Source of the DNA: Trichormus sp.
Lineage (GTDB): Bacteria; Cyanobacteriota; Cyanobacteriia; Cyanobacteriales; Nostocaceae
Reading direction: 5' to 3'
Assembly (NCBI GenBank): GCA_050633005.1
Contig: JBODRP010000003.1
Coordinates: forward strand, 2,101 to 66,100
Length of the DNA: 64,000 nt
Positions within the stretch are counted from its first letter, which is position 1. The number at the start of each line of letters is the position of its first letter. Below the pieces are notes generated by a model. The model saw nothing but the letters and a program-made list of their open reading frames with translations, was not told the DNA's origin and did not search any database. Shown here piece after piece: positions 43,062-54,177 of this stretch. A program made the translations under genes and the position numbers.

Positions 43062-44543
43062 ATGGCTGATATGCAATTACTGATTGATGAACTACCAAAA
43101 ATTGTTTATAAACTCAAATTGACTATTGGTAATTCCCAGGACATTATGCAACAGGTAATCCTGATTAATAATGCCCAGGAAGAACTCCGCAATATTAAAC
43201 AGGCGATCGCGCAAGAATTATATTGTGTTACCAGCAAAGGTAATATTGGTAATACTATTAGTAGTATATCTTCTCCTGTTCCAGAATTGGTAATACCAAA
43301 TATTTTGAAAGATTATCCTGAGATTAATGGTAATGCTGGATTAATTACAGAAAAGTTTGGTAATCCTAATATAGAAATATCTTTAATTACATTAGAATCT
43401 AAAATTAATTGCTGGCTAGAATGGGGTGATTTATTGCAGGCGATCGCCGCAGATATTTTAGGTGACGTTAATTTAGTCAATCAACTCAATTTAAATATTA
43501 ATTATCCCAGCTTACCGATTAAAATTATCCAAACAGAAAAATTTTTAACCATTAACAATGTCACTAATAATCAGTCTCACCTAAAAAAAATATTTAATCT
43601 AGAAGAAGATTTATCCAAACTAGAAACCAGATTAAATTTAATTAAAAATACCATTCAAAATGGTCACGGTTTTTTAACAATTATGTTAGCATTATCATCA
43701 TTTTATGGTAAATCTGGTTTTGCTATAGAATGGTTAGACGATGCTCATGAATTAATCATCTCTAGTAATCATCATTTTCGTGAATTGACCGAAATTCTCA
43801 ATGATTGCGATATTTATGAACAGAAACTTGATGAATTTAAAAATAAAATCACAGAAATTAAACAGTATAATCCTAAGTCAAGCATCACAGGAAGATTTCA
43901 ATTACAAAGAAATAAAAACTTTCTATCACCTCAGGTTTTACGTAGAATTTTATTAATTTTATCTAGTTTAACTCTTTTAGTCATTGGTGGATTATTTGCC
44001 AAAAATCAGATTATCCAAATTCAACAAAATGGTATAAATTTATATCAAGATAATATTGCAAAAAACAATTTTAAATCTGCTTTAAAACTAGGAATTGAGG
44101 CTTCTTTCATTGCTCAAAATCCTCCCCATAAAATTGGAGTATGGAAACAAGCCGGAGCTAAATGGCAAGAGGCAATTAATTTGTTAGAAAATATTCCTGA
44201 AGGAACATCTGTATCTGCTATAGCCCAAGAAAAACTGATTCGTTATCGACTTAACTATATTGCCATAACTAAGAGAGGTATAGCAGAAAAGAAAGCTGTA
44301 GGTAACTTAGAATTAGCAGAGAAGCTAGCGACAGAAGCTAAATTCTTTATGGCCAATGCACCCAATTCATTAACAGCTTGGAAACAAGCAAAAGACAAAT
44401 GGCAGCAGTCCATTAAGTTATTAGAATCTATCCCAAAAAGTACTTCTGTCTATAAACAAGCTCAAGCAATACTGCCTAATTATAAAACCCAGTATGCTGC
44501 AATTAATGCCATCATGGAAAATAGAATACAATCTATGAAGTGA
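43062..44543 (+). CDS. Hypothetical bitopic membrane protein with C-terminal helical repeats
   Basis: Coiled-coil N-part, one TM, two repeats of W..A..KW..AI.LLE.IP..TSV. Confidence 0.7.
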   Translation: MADMQLLIDELPKIVYKLKLTIGNSQDIMQQVILINNAQEELRNIKQAIAQELYCVTSKGNIGNTISSISSPVPELVIPNILKDYPEINGNAGLITEKFGNPNIEISLITLESKINCWLEWGDLLQAIAADILGDVNLVNQLNLNINYPSLPIKIIQTEKFLTINNVTNNQSHLKKIFNLEEDLSKLETRLNLIKNTIQNGHGFLTIMLALSSFYGKSGFAIEWLDDAHELIISSNHHFRELTEILNDCDIYEQKLDEFKNKITEIKQYNPKSSITGRFQLQRNKNFLSPQVLRRILLILSSLTLLVIGGLFAKNQIIQIQQNGINLYQDNIAKNNFKSALKLGIEASFIAQNPPHKIGVWKQAGAKWQEAINLLENIPEGTSVSAIAQEKLIRYRLNYIAITKRGIAEKKAVGNLELAEKLATEAKFFMANAPNSLTAWKQAKDKWQQSIKLLESIPKSTSVYKQAQAILPNYKTQYAAINAIMENRIQSMK

Positions 44544-44689
44544 ACTAGGGAGACAAGGGAGACGAGGTAGACAAGGTAGAAGTTTTGATTTCAATTACGT
44601 AAAGCCTGCGGCATAGCTGCGCTTAGAGCGGAGCGGGGGGGAGCATCGTTACAAATTACGAATTACGAATTACGAATTACGAATTACAT

Positions 44690-45925
44690 CTACTGTTGAT
44701 TAAATAGTAAAAATAAAGTTTGGAATGAGCCAACAATAAAACCTAAAACTCCCCCTAATGTGACAATCGCCTGCAATTCATTTTTAACAATTCCTTCAAT
44801 TGCGTTTTCTAAATCAGCAGGTGATGTTGATTTTACACGGTCAACAATTACTTGATCTATCGATAAAATTGGGATGATTTGAGCAACAATTTTTTCTAAA
44901 TCTTTTTCTAAATATCGTTCTAAAATCAATGCCAATTCTTCACTGACAACTTCTAATGAATTTATCACTACAGAGGAATTACTCAGGCGATTTAACAATA
45001 ATTTAGCAATATTATCCCAATTTACAGATTCAGTTAGTCCTTGTAGTAAATCACCGCCACTAGTTTGAATATATTGACGGACTGTTTCCCGTGTGGTTTT
45101 TCGTAATTGGCGGACTGTGCCAATTGGTAAATTTTGTAATGATAAATTTTGCAGAATTGTTTTGAAGCGATCGCGCATCTGCAAATCTTGAATTAATTCC
45201 TGTAATCTAGCATTAGTTGTTTCTTTTTCATCTAAGCAAAAAGTACGTAACCGGGTGAGAGTATTCCGCAAACCAAATAAATTCGCTACTACCCAATAAG
45301 TACCACTAGTTTTTTCTCGAAAGCTTTCGTCAATAATTTGAATTGTGCGATCGCTTAAAAAATCTATAATTGCTTGCCTTAACATATCTGGAGGCAAAAC
45401 TACTTCCAAAAACCAATCAGCCAATCGAGTTGCTTGTTCGTCGCTCAGTTGTAAATCTAAGAGGATTTGGTCAAAAATCTGATTGATTTGTGCTTCTAAA
45501 AAATCTTCTTGTCTAGCTAACACCTTCAACAGACGTGGTAAGGATTCTCCTAATAAATCACGTAGAATACCTGCGACGATTTTAGTTGTTTTCTGATTTT
45601 TATCGGCTTTAATTTGGTCTGTTGCCAGTCGCAATAACCAAAGAATTGCTGCTTGTACTCGTTCAGTTTCTAATAGTCTACGTGCCAGCTTTTGTAATTC
45701 ATCAGGTGTCAAGAGTGACCCCATGATTGTCTGTGAAATATTTTTGGCCAGACGCTCCTGATTTGCCGGAATCAAGCCAGGAGTAAATGGTACTCTTTGC
45801 CCAGCTATATAAATTGTACGGTAAGGACGAAATAGCATTTTGATGGCTATATCATTTGTGAAATAGCCAATAATTCCACCCAATACCGGGGGCGATACAT
45901 ACAGTAAAAGATGAGACCAATCCAC
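44690..45925 (-). CDS. DUF445 family protein
   Basis: [19 protein letters not shown] and [13 protein letters not shown]. Confidence 0.9.
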   Translation of the reverse strand: MDWSHLLLYVSPPVLGGIIGYFTNDIAIKMLFRPYRTIYIAGQRVPFTPGLIPANQERLAKNISQTIMGSLLTPDELQKLARRLLETERVQAAILWLLRLATDQIKADKNQKTTKIVAGILRDLLGESLPRLLKVLARQEDFLEAQINQIFDQILLDLQLSDEQATRLADWFLEVVLPPDMLRQAIIDFLSDRTIQIIDESFREKTSGTYWVVANLFGLRNTLTRLRTFCLDEKETTNARLQELIQDLQMRDRFKTILQNLSLQNLPIGTVRQLRKTTRETVRQYIQTSGGDLLQGLTESVNWDNIAKLLLNRLSNSSVVINSLEVVSEELALILERYLEKDLEKIVAQIIPILSIDQVIVDRVKSTSPADLENAIEGIVKNELQAIVTLGGVLGFIVGSFQTLFLLFNQQ

Positions 45926-46057
45926 AGTTTTTTGGATGAAGAATGGGGACTAGGAGGAGGCAGGGGAGCAGGGGAAAGAATTTTAGATTTTAGATTTTAG
46001 ATTGAAATTCAATCCAAAATTGAATTGCTCAATGCCCAATGCCCCATACCCAATTAC

Positions 46058-46747
46058 CTACTTAATAATTACTAATATTCCCATCATACCGTTCGTAATG
46101 GGGTAGTGTGTGGCGGAGGTAAAACCAACTTGCAGGGCTAAGTCTACTTGTTCTGTTCCTTGAGGAAAGCGATCTAAGCTGGGGCTGATGTAGGCGTATT
46201 CCTCTTTCATGCCCATACGCTCTGCCATTGGTACAACTATATTATCTAAATACCACTGTTGAAAGGCTCGGAATTGTTGATTGTGGGGACGATGAAAGTC
46301 TAGAATCGCTGCCCGCGCAGTAGGTTTGAGAACTCGGTGTAATTCTTGCAGGCTAGAGCGAATATCTGTTACATTTCTTAAACCGTAGCCCATTGTGGCG
46401 GCATCAAACTGATCATCCTCAAACGGTAAATTCAAGACATCTGCTTCTACCCAAGAGATGTCAAATTGGGGGTAACGTGTTTGGGAGCGTGTTTTTGCCA
46501 TTGTCAGCAGGTTATGGGAAAAGTCTACTCCGTAAACTTTCCCGGTTGTGCCTGCGCGCCTAGCCAAACGTAAAGCTAAATCACCACTCCCGCAACATAA
46601 ATCGAGACAAGTATCCCCTGGTTTAACCGCACTCCACTTAATGGCCATTTCTTTCCAGATGCGATGTTGTCCCAGACTTAAGCAATCATTGAACTGATCG
46701 TAAACGGGGGCAATACGGTCAAAAATGGCACGAACTTCATTAGTCAT
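46058..46747 (-). CDS. menG: Demethylmenaquinone/phylloquinone methyltransferase (UbiE/MenG)
   Basis: FDRIAPVYD, LDLCCGSGD, GYGLRNV. Confidence 0.85.
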   Translation of the reverse strand: MTNEVRAIFDRIAPVYDQFNDCLSLGQHRIWKEMAIKWSAVKPGDTCLDLCCGSGDLALRLARRAGTTGKVYGVDFSHNLLTMAKTRSQTRYPQFDISWVEADVLNLPFEDDQFDAATMGYGLRNVTDIRSSLQELHRVLKPTARAAILDFHRPHNQQFRAFQQWYLDNIVVPMAERMGMKEEYAYISPSLDRFPQGTEQVDLALQVGFTSATHYPITNGMMGILVIIK

Positions 46748-46808
46748 TAGTTATTAGTCATTTACTTATTAGTCAATGGTCACTGGACTATTGACTATGG
46801 ACTATTAA

Positions 46809-47762
46809 CTAAATTTTGGCATGACAGAGGCTACTAGTGAGAGCGATCGCTACTAATTCTGTGGATAAATGAATCAACTTCAGCTCATCTTCTCTTAAAA
46901 AGCTCGGTTGTTTCCACTGGAGAGATAAAACCCCTAACATTTGATTCCGGTAGCTAATGGGGATAACTACATGGGCTTGAATCCCACTTGCTTCGTAATG
47001 AGTCACACCAGCTAGTTTTGATTCTTTGGCAACATTCAAGCACACTTGAATTTTACCAGTGGCGATCGCTTCAGTGGTTAGTGGGTCTTGCCCCAACCAA
47101 TTTTCTCCACTCCCTTCAGGAGAGTAAGATCCTTGAGTAGCTGTCAGTGCTTGATTTTCTAGCAATTGCAAAATACAGCTATCAGCTGCAAAACTATCAC
47201 AGAATGCTGTCGCCATCGGTGTCAGGATTGATTCTAAAGTTTCAGCAGCCTGAGTCACCTTTACCAAAACAGTTAACAGTGACATTTGAGCATTGGCGCG
47301 CCGTAGTTCTTCTGTCCGTTGCTTGAGTAAGTCATAGGTTTCTGCTGCCCTTTGGACAACGGCTTTGAGTTCACCAGGATCCCAAGGCTTAGTAATATAC
47401 TTATAAACTTGTCCGGCGTTAATGGCTTCTACCAAATCTTCAATGTCAGTAAATCCCGTGAGAATTATCCGCACTGTATCGGGGAATTGTGGTACAGTTT
47501 TACTGAGAAATTCTGTACCTTTCATTTCTGGCATCCGTTGGTCAGAAATAATTACTGCCACTTCCCCTTCTACTGCTAAGATTTCTAGGGCATTGATACC
47601 ACTCTCTGCTTTGAGGACATTAAAATCTCGGCGAAAGGTGCGATAGAGTAAATCTAAGTTATCTGGTTCGTCATCAACTACTAGGATTTTTAGCTTTTTA
47701 GGTCTTTCTAAAGTTGCCATTGGACGATGATTTGTATGGATTTCGGAAATCATATCAGCCAT
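46809..47762 (-). CDS. Response regulator (REC + GAF)
   Basis: VVDDE, ISDQRMP, YITKPW, C-terminal GAF-like domain. Confidence 0.9.
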   Translation of the reverse strand: MADMISEIHTNHRPMATLERPKKLKILVVDDEPDNLDLLYRTFRRDFNVLKAESGINALEILAVEGEVAVIISDQRMPEMKGTEFLSKTVPQFPDTVRIILTGFTDIEDLVEAINAGQVYKYITKPWDPGELKAVVQRAAETYDLLKQRTEELRRANAQMSLLTVLVKVTQAAETLESILTPMATAFCDSFAADSCILQLLENQALTATQGSYSPEGSGENWLGQDPLTTEAIATGKIQVCLNVAKESKLAGVTHYEASGIQAHVVIPISYRNQMLGVLSLQWKQPSFLREDELKLIHLSTELVAIALTSSLCHAKI

Positions 47763-48002
47763 AGATATTACCTGTAAAAAATTACTTATAGCCCCACATT
47801 TCTATCAAGCTTAGTAGATTATCTTGGTCAAGCCTTGGGGAAATGTACTGAGATACTTTTTGTCGGGGTAATATGTATTCTTTGTAACGTAAAATTTGAT
47901 CTGAAGGTAGAGTGTATATATAGTTAGCTGATAAAGATTACAATAAGATTTGCCAACGCAGTATCAACTGAGCCTCTCCAGTAGAAGCTAAAATTTGAGA
48001 TT

Positions 48003-49088
48003 ATGACTGACTTATCACCCAACGCTCCCAACCCTGAAAATGCTACTAACGATTCTGCTCAAGAGTTACTGCGAAAACTGAGACAAAAAGAAGGTAATTG
48101 GGTGGAATGGGGATTAGCCATTGCCAGTCTGCAAAAAGCTGGTTACAATCCCCAAGAGATTTTTGAAGCTACAGGATTTGAGCCGATTCAACAAAATCAG
48201 GTAATCGTCGGCGCGCAAGTGTATACTTCCCTGGAAAAAGCTGGTGCATCAGAGGCGACGCGATCGCATTATGCTAATCGTGGTAGTGATGTTTTATATG
48301 AACTACGCTTACTCACCCAAGAACAACGGGCGGCGGCGGCGGAATTAACTTTTGAGCATAAACTTGATTTAGATGAAGCGCGGGAAATAGCCAAGGCGAT
48401 TAAAGATTTCTCCCGTTTCCGCACTTTACCAGAAGGCTTTTCTGATCATGCAGGAGATGCGGTAGCCTATCAAGCTTGGAAGTTAGCACGGCAGAATACA
48501 GATTTGCAAGAGCGATCGCGGTTAATTGCTAAGGGTTTACGCTTTGCTCACACCCAAACAGCTAGGAAACAAATCGAACATCTATTGCTTGATTTTACAG
48601 TTGTTTCCCAACGTCCAGCCCCCATTCCTCCTTTTTATCGCTTTGATTCTGAGGAAGAATTACCTCGTATTGTGCCAGTAGTCGGTGAGTTACCTTTAAC
48701 ACCTGAAGACTTAAAAGCGGTGCCTTTAGTGGAAGCAGTTGAACCATTCCGCATTGTCAAATTTGCTGGTGAACAGGCTTGGGTAGCTTTACCTGGTTGG
48801 CAAGTGCTGTTAGGTGCAGAAGATCCAGTAGTGATTTTAGCAACTAGCGATCGCTTTCCTAACCAAAATCTAGCCCAACCTAGCTCTGTGTTAGTAGTTG
48901 TAGATCGTCGTCAACGAGAATGGAACGATTTTAGTTACTTTGTGGTAGATAACGGCGGCGAATTAGATTTTCAATGGTTTGAAACAGAACCAGAACTACC
49001 CATCCTCGGTAAAGTGATCATTATCGTCCGCCCACGGAAAATTCTGGATGAAGAAGTAACTAAAGATTCATGGCAAATTGATGAATAA
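48003..49088 (+). CDS. raf1: RuBisCO accumulation factor 1
   Basis: KEGNWVEWG, FEATGFEPIQQNQVIV, WVALPGW, C-terminal WQIDE. Confidence 0.93.
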   Translation: MTDLSPNAPNPENATNDSAQELLRKLRQKEGNWVEWGLAIASLQKAGYNPQEIFEATGFEPIQQNQVIVGAQVYTSLEKAGASEATRSHYANRGSDVLYELRLLTQEQRAAAAELTFEHKLDLDEAREIAKAIKDFSRFRTLPEGFSDHAGDAVAYQAWKLARQNTDLQERSRLIAKGLRFAHTQTARKQIEHLLLDFTVVSQRPAPIPPFYRFDSEEELPRIVPVVGELPLTPEDLKAVPLVEAVEPFRIVKFAGEQAWVALPGWQVLLGAEDPVVILATSDRFPNQNLAQPSSVLVVVDRRQREWNDFSYFVVDNGGELDFQWFETEPELPILGKVIIIVRPRKILDEEVTKDSWQIDE

Positions 49089-49301
49089 GAGCGAGTTACG
49101 CCTCATGTGAATTAGGACAATCTTCTATCCAGTAAATAAATAGCCTATGGGCGGTGCGTATCAAACTCGGTAGGGGCGGGTTAACAAACATTATTAATGA
49201 TTAACTCTTGATCTTGGTGAACCCGCCCCTACAAATATCTAGGGATTTACAAGATTTTAATTCACATTAGACGTAATTATGTTCAATATTGGGCGGGTGA
49301 T

Positions 49302-49670
49302 TTACACTAAATGCTGTAATCTGCTCAAGCGTTCTGAATAATTTTTGATCACCATCAGAGCAAACATCGGCGTTTCTTGAACTGCAAACAGAAACCTTTT
49401 TTCATCTAAATAAGCTAATGTGCAATCTGTTTTAGCGATCGCAGTATAAGTTCTGTATTTAACTCCTACTAGTACTCCAGTACCAAAGACTTCACCAGTG
49501 CTAATAGTTTCTACAACTTTACCATTGACTAACAGTTCTATCTCTCCTTCCACAATGCCATACATATATTCACCGGGATCACCTTCTGTAAAAATCACTT
49601 TGCCGGAACTAAAAAATTCAGGATCAGATTGTTTTTGAAAGATACCGACTGTAATGACAGGATTTGACAT
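49302..49670 (-). CDS. Stand-alone cyclic-nucleotide-binding domain protein
   Basis: IFTEGDPG, GEVFG, RTYTAIA. Confidence 0.85.
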   Translation of the reverse strand: MSNPVITVGIFQKQSDPEFFSSGKVIFTEGDPGEYMYGIVEGEIELLVNGKVVETISTGEVFGTGVLVGVKYRTYTAIAKTDCTLAYLDEKRFLFAVQETPMFALMVIKNYSERLSRLQHLV

Positions 49671-50367
49671 AATGAATCTACACAGTTGTTAATTTTCACC
49701 GACTCTGGGAGATTAGCTAGACCAGAGCCGAGTAAAGTATACTACTTCGGAAAAATAACTTCATGCGCCGAAATATCATTAGTCACTTTCCCAAAAACGA
49801 ATTTTTGCCAATTTGGCAACCATAATGTACTTGATACTGGTATTATTTATTTAGTGCAAGGGGTGTAGCAAAAGTAGCCCCGACCGCAAGGTTGGGGTAA
49901 CTTCTGCAAAATATTCCACAATTGGGAATCACTACAATCATTTCCCGCTAAAACAAGGCTTATTCCCGCTTCCTGAAGCTATCAACCTGACATTCTTGTT
50001 GAAATCACCTCAATTCAACGGTGTACCCTAAAGCGGGTGAACGAAATTTTGTGTGGGATTTCTAGCTAAGTTAAGTATCCAAAAAATTACCCACCACACT
50101 CCCGACACTCCCCACACTGCCCACACTCTCCCCTCTCCCCTCTCCCCACACTCCCCACACCCTTCTTAATTGGAAGTCTCGACTGAGTTTAGTCGGGTCT
50201 AACTATTTGCTAAACTCTGGATAAAAGACAATCTATCGGCAATTGGATCTAGGATCGATGTAATTAAAGCCAAAAAATAACATTTTGGATGAAGGGTTTG
50301 TAGTAGACTTTAGCACTACTACAGATTAATTACTTATCACCATTGTTAACTTACTAGGTATCACACG

Positions 50368-50598
50368 ATGGAATTAACAGTTGAAAACGTGGAAACAGTC
50401 TTGGATGAAATGCGTCCTTACCTGATGTCTGATGGTGGCAACGTGGAACTCGTAGAACTGGACGGGCCGATTGTTAAACTTCGTTTACAAGGGGCTTGTG
50501 GTTCTTGCCCTAGTTCCACTATGACCCTGAGAATGGGTATTGAACGCCGTCTACGGGAAATGATTCCTGAAATTGCGGAAGTTGAGCAAATATTATAA
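50368..50598 (+). CDS. nfuA: NifU/NfuA-type Fe-S scaffold
   Basis: [22 protein letters not shown]. Confidence 0.9.
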   Translation: MELTVENVETVLDEMRPYLMSDGGNVELVELDGPIVKLRLQGACGSCPSSTMTLRMGIERRLREMIPEIAEVEQIL

Positions 50599-50772
50599 GA
50601 GACTGGGGACTGGGAACTGGGGAGTGGGGACAAGGAAGACAAGGAAGACAAGGAAGACAAGGCAAGGGAAAGAAGCAATTCTACCCTGTCTCCCCCCTCT
50701 AGCTTGTCTCCTACCAATGCCCTGTTTGCCCAATGCCCCATTCCCTGTTTGCCCCATTCCTAATCAGATCCT

Positions 50773-53007
50773 ATGTCTCATCCACTCTATGTAGCTTTTA
50801 TTTGGCATCAACATCAGCCGTTGTATAAATCTCCTGGCGATGACTTTTCAGGTTCTTCAAGTCAACAATATCGCCTGCCTTGGGTGCGGTTGCATGGCAC
50901 AAAAGATTATTTGGATTTGGTGTTAATTCTGGAAAAGTACCCTAAATTACACCAAACCGTGAATCTAGTGCCGTCTTTAATCTTGCAATTAGAAGATTAT
51001 ATTGCTGGTACTGCTTTTGATCCTTACCTAAAAGCCAGTTTGACCCCTACAGAACAACTGACTCAACAGCAAAAAGAATTTATCATTCAACACTTTTTTG
51101 ATGCTAACCATCATACTTTAATTGACCCCCATCCCCGCTACGCCCAGTTATATTACCAAAGGAAAGAACAAGGACAAGCTTGGTGTTTAGGGAATTGGGG
51201 CTTGGCTGAGTATGGTGATTTGCTGGCGTGGCATAATTTGGCATGGATAGATCCTTTATTTTGGGATGACCCAGAAATTGCCGCTTGGTTAGAGCAGGGA
51301 CGTAACTTTACATTAAGCGATCGCCAGCGCATTTACTCCAAACAGCGCGACATCCTCAGCCGCATCATCCCCCAACACCGTAAGATGCAAGCATCTGGGC
51401 AATTGGAAGTTACCACCACACCCTACACACACCCTATTTTGCCCTTACTAGCGGATACTAACTCTGGGCGGGTAGCAGTGCCAAATATGACTTTACCAGA
51501 GTGCCGCTTTCAATGGGCAGAAGATATTCCCCGCCACTTACGTAAAGCTTGGGAACTATACAGAAAAAGATTTGGACAAGAACCCAGGGGTTTATGGCCT
51601 TCAGAACAATCAATAAGCCCCGCAATATTACCGTATATTATTAAACAAGGATTTAATTGGATTTGCTCAGATGAAGCGGTTTTAGGGTGGACATTAAAAC
51701 ACTTCTTCCATCGGGATGGGGCAGGGAATGTCCTAGAACCGGAATTGATGTATAAACCCTATCGCCTGACAACCCCAGCCGGAGATTTAACCATTGTCTT
51801 TCGAGATCATAGATTATCAGATTTAATTGGCTTTACCTATGGTTCAATGCCAGCCAAACAAGCAGCAGGGGATTTAGTGGGACATCTGCAAGCGATCGCT
51901 AAAATGCAAAGAGAACGTCCCAGCGATCAACCTTGGTTAGTTACAATCGCTTTAGACGGAGAAAATTGTTGGGAGTTTTACCCGCAAGACGGCAAACCGT
52001 TCCTCGAAACCTTATATCAACGTTTAAGCAACGAACCCAATATTAAACTCGTTACTGTCTCGGAATTTATCGCACAATTCCCCGCCACAGCCACTATCCC
52101 TGGAGATCAATTGCATAGCGGCTCTTGGGTTGATGGTAGCTTTACCACTTGGATTGGCGATCCTGCCAAAAACCGCGCTTGGGACTACCTCACACAAGCT
52201 AGAGCTATGCTAGCCAGTCATCCCGAAGCCACAGAAGAAAACAACCCCGAAGCCTGGGAAGCTTTATATGCTGCCGAAGGTTCTGACTGGTTTTGGTGGT
52301 TTGGTGAAGGACATTCTTCCAATCAAGATGCCATCTTTGACCAATTATTTCGTGAACATCTGTGCGGTATTTACAAAGCATTGAATGAACCAATACCAGC
52401 CTATCTCAGACACCCCGTTGAAGTTCACGAAGCACGGGCAGATCATTCACCAGAAAGCTTTATTCATCCCATAATTGACGGTAGAGGTGATGAACAAGAC
52501 TGGGACAAAGCCGGACGCATAGAAATTGGTGGCGCACGGGGAACAATGCACGTCAGTAGCAGTATTCAGCGTCTTTGGTATGGAGTTGATCACCTCAATT
52601 TCTATTTGCGGTTAGACTTTAAAAGTGGCGTTACACCAGGCAAAGATTTACCAACAGAATTAAATTTATTGTGGTTTTATCCAGATAGAACCATGCACAA
52701 TAGCCCCATTCCTTTAGCAGATGTACCAGATACAGCCCCCCTCAATTACCTATACCACCATCATTTAGAAATTAATTTACTCACCCAATCAGTGCAATTT
52801 CGAGAAGCTGGAGATAATTATCAATGGCATCCCCGCAGCAGTCGCGCTCAAGTTGCTTTAGAAACTTGTTTAGAATTAGCAGTACCTTGGGCAGATTTAC
52901 GAGTGCCACCAGATTATCCCTTACGTTTGCTTTTAGTACTAGCTGATGAAGGTTGTTACAAAAAGTACTTACCAGAAAATGCCCTCATTCCCATTGAAGT
53001 ACCTTAA
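50773..53007 (+). CDS. Glycoside hydrolase family 57
   Basis: WHQHQP, GLWPSE, LDGENCWE, AEGSDWFWW. Confidence 0.93.
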   Translation: MSHPLYVAFIWHQHQPLYKSPGDDFSGSSSQQYRLPWVRLHGTKDYLDLVLILEKYPKLHQTVNLVPSLILQLEDYIAGTAFDPYLKASLTPTEQLTQQQKEFIIQHFFDANHHTLIDPHPRYAQLYYQRKEQGQAWCLGNWGLAEYGDLLAWHNLAWIDPLFWDDPEIAAWLEQGRNFTLSDRQRIYSKQRDILSRIIPQHRKMQASGQLEVTTTPYTHPILPLLADTNSGRVAVPNMTLPECRFQWAEDIPRHLRKAWELYRKRFGQEPRGLWPSEQSISPAILPYIIKQGFNWICSDEAVLGWTLKHFFHRDGAGNVLEPELMYKPYRLTTPAGDLTIVFRDHRLSDLIGFTYGSMPAKQAAGDLVGHLQAIAKMQRERPSDQPWLVTIALDGENCWEFYPQDGKPFLETLYQRLSNEPNIKLVTVSEFIAQFPATATIPGDQLHSGSWVDGSFTTWIGDPAKNRAWDYLTQARAMLASHPEATEENNPEAWEALYAAEGSDWFWWFGEGHSSNQDAIFDQLFREHLCGIYKALNEPIPAYLRHPVEVHEARADHSPESFIHPIIDGRGDEQDWDKAGRIEIGGARGTMHVSSSIQRLWYGVDHLNFYLRLDFKSGVTPGKDLPTELNLLWFYPDRTMHNSPIPLADVPDTAPLNYLYHHHLEINLLTQSVQFREAGDNYQWHPRSSRAQVALETCLELAVPWADLRVPPDYPLRLLLVLADEGCYKKYLPENALIPIEVP

Positions 53008-53082
53008 TTAGTTTGTAGTTAGGAATTTAGTCCTTTTTTCCCTAAATCATCAGGGCTAAAGCCCTCACTACAAACATAACAA

Positions 53083-53802
53083 TTAACCTTTCACACAAAC
53101 AACTTGTTTGAGTGTGGCGACAACTTCCACCAAATCTGCTTGATTTTTCATAACTTGATCTATCGGCTTATAAGCACCAGGAATTTCATCTAAAACATCC
53201 TTATCTTTACGGCATTCTACGCCCTTTGTTTGCTCAATTAAATCATCAAGTGTATAAACATTTTTAGCTTTATTTCTCGACAATAAACGACCTGCACCAT
53301 GAGAGCAAGAACAAAAACTATGCACATTACCTTTACCCTTGACAATGAAAGATTTTGCTCCCATTGAACCAGGAATAATTCCATAGTCTTCTGTATCAGC
53401 GCGGACTGCACCTTTTCGAGTTACATACACATCTTCCCCAAAATGTACTTCTTTTTCAGCGTAATTGTGATGACAATTTACCTGTAATAAAGGTTTAGTT
53501 GACTTGCCTCCAGCTAAATGTTTTTCTATGATGCGCTGGAAACGTGCCATCATCACATCACGGTTGAAACGTGCATATTCTTGCGCCCATTGTAAGTCAT
53601 GCCAGTAAGCTTGAAACTCTGGTGTCTCAGCTATAAAATAAGCTAAATCAGGGTCAGGTAATTTATTATCTGCCATTTTTGCTAATTCTTTAGCTGTATT
53701 AATATGACATTGGGCAAGATTATTACCAATGTTCCGTGAACCGGAATGTAACATCAGCCAAACTTGGTTCTCTGTATCTAGGCACACTTCAATGAAGTGA
53801 TT
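53083..53802 (-). CDS. rtcB: RtcB RNA ligase, exon 2 (NHFIEV...VKG)
   Basis: NHFIEV, HSGSR, HN, RKGA, PGSMG, SHGAGR, DEIPGAYK; joins exon 1 in frame after intron removal. Confidence 0.93.
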   Translation of the reverse strand, partial: NHFIEVCLDTENQVWLMLHSGSRNIGNNLAQCHINTAKELAKMADNKLPDPDLAYFIAETPEFQAYWHDLQWAQEYARFNRDVMMARFQRIIEKHLAGGKSTKPLLQVNCHHNYAEKEVHFGEDVYVTRKGAVRADTEDYGIIPGSMGAKSFIVKGKGNVHSFCSCSHGAGRLLSRNKAKNVYTLDDLIEQTKGVECRKDKDVLDEIPGAYKPIDQVMKNQADLVEVVATLKQVVCVKG

Positions 53803-54177
53803 CAATTTGTTACTGATTGCTTGCTTAATTTATTGAGTCTCCATAGTCTAAGTTCGACACTATTTCGACTTCTATCAAGCACTTTCATTGACACAAGTAG
53901 GAGTAATAGGGATTTACGAGACTGATATTGTGAGATTCAATAGAATCACAATATCACATATGAAAGTCGCAATCGATCAAGTCATTTCTGCTTGATTCTA
54001 TACCTTCATCTTCGGTATAGTTCGGAGCACACCTTCATCCTAATTTATTCTAGGATGCCCAAGTCCCTCTGCTCTCTACGGGGCGTTTTACCGCTTCCCT
54101 CGGTATTAGCAATCTCAGCTTCCACCGATTTGGACGAGTTTTGATTACTGCATCACTACAGTAAGGGGCAATCTTTT
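53803..54177 (-). ncRNA. Group I self-splicing intron (375 nt, no intact ORF) in rtcB
   Basis: Exon ends GGGGU, pairing with IGS GCCCC (U-G wobble); GAUU pairs with 3' exon AAUC (P10); P2 with GUGA loop; P4 UCGGU/ACCGA; P6 GGG..CCC; P7 GAGCA/UGCUC; P8 CAUCCUAG/UUAGGAUG; P9 CUAUACC/GGUAUAG; last nucleotide G. Confidence 0.92.

Noticed and set aside
53803..54177. Insert as group II intron, intein, IS scar or simple pseudogenisation
   Set aside because: No GUGYG...AY ends or domain V; in-frame stops exclude an intein; no TIR or TSD; the group I core and precise in-frame exon junction explain it
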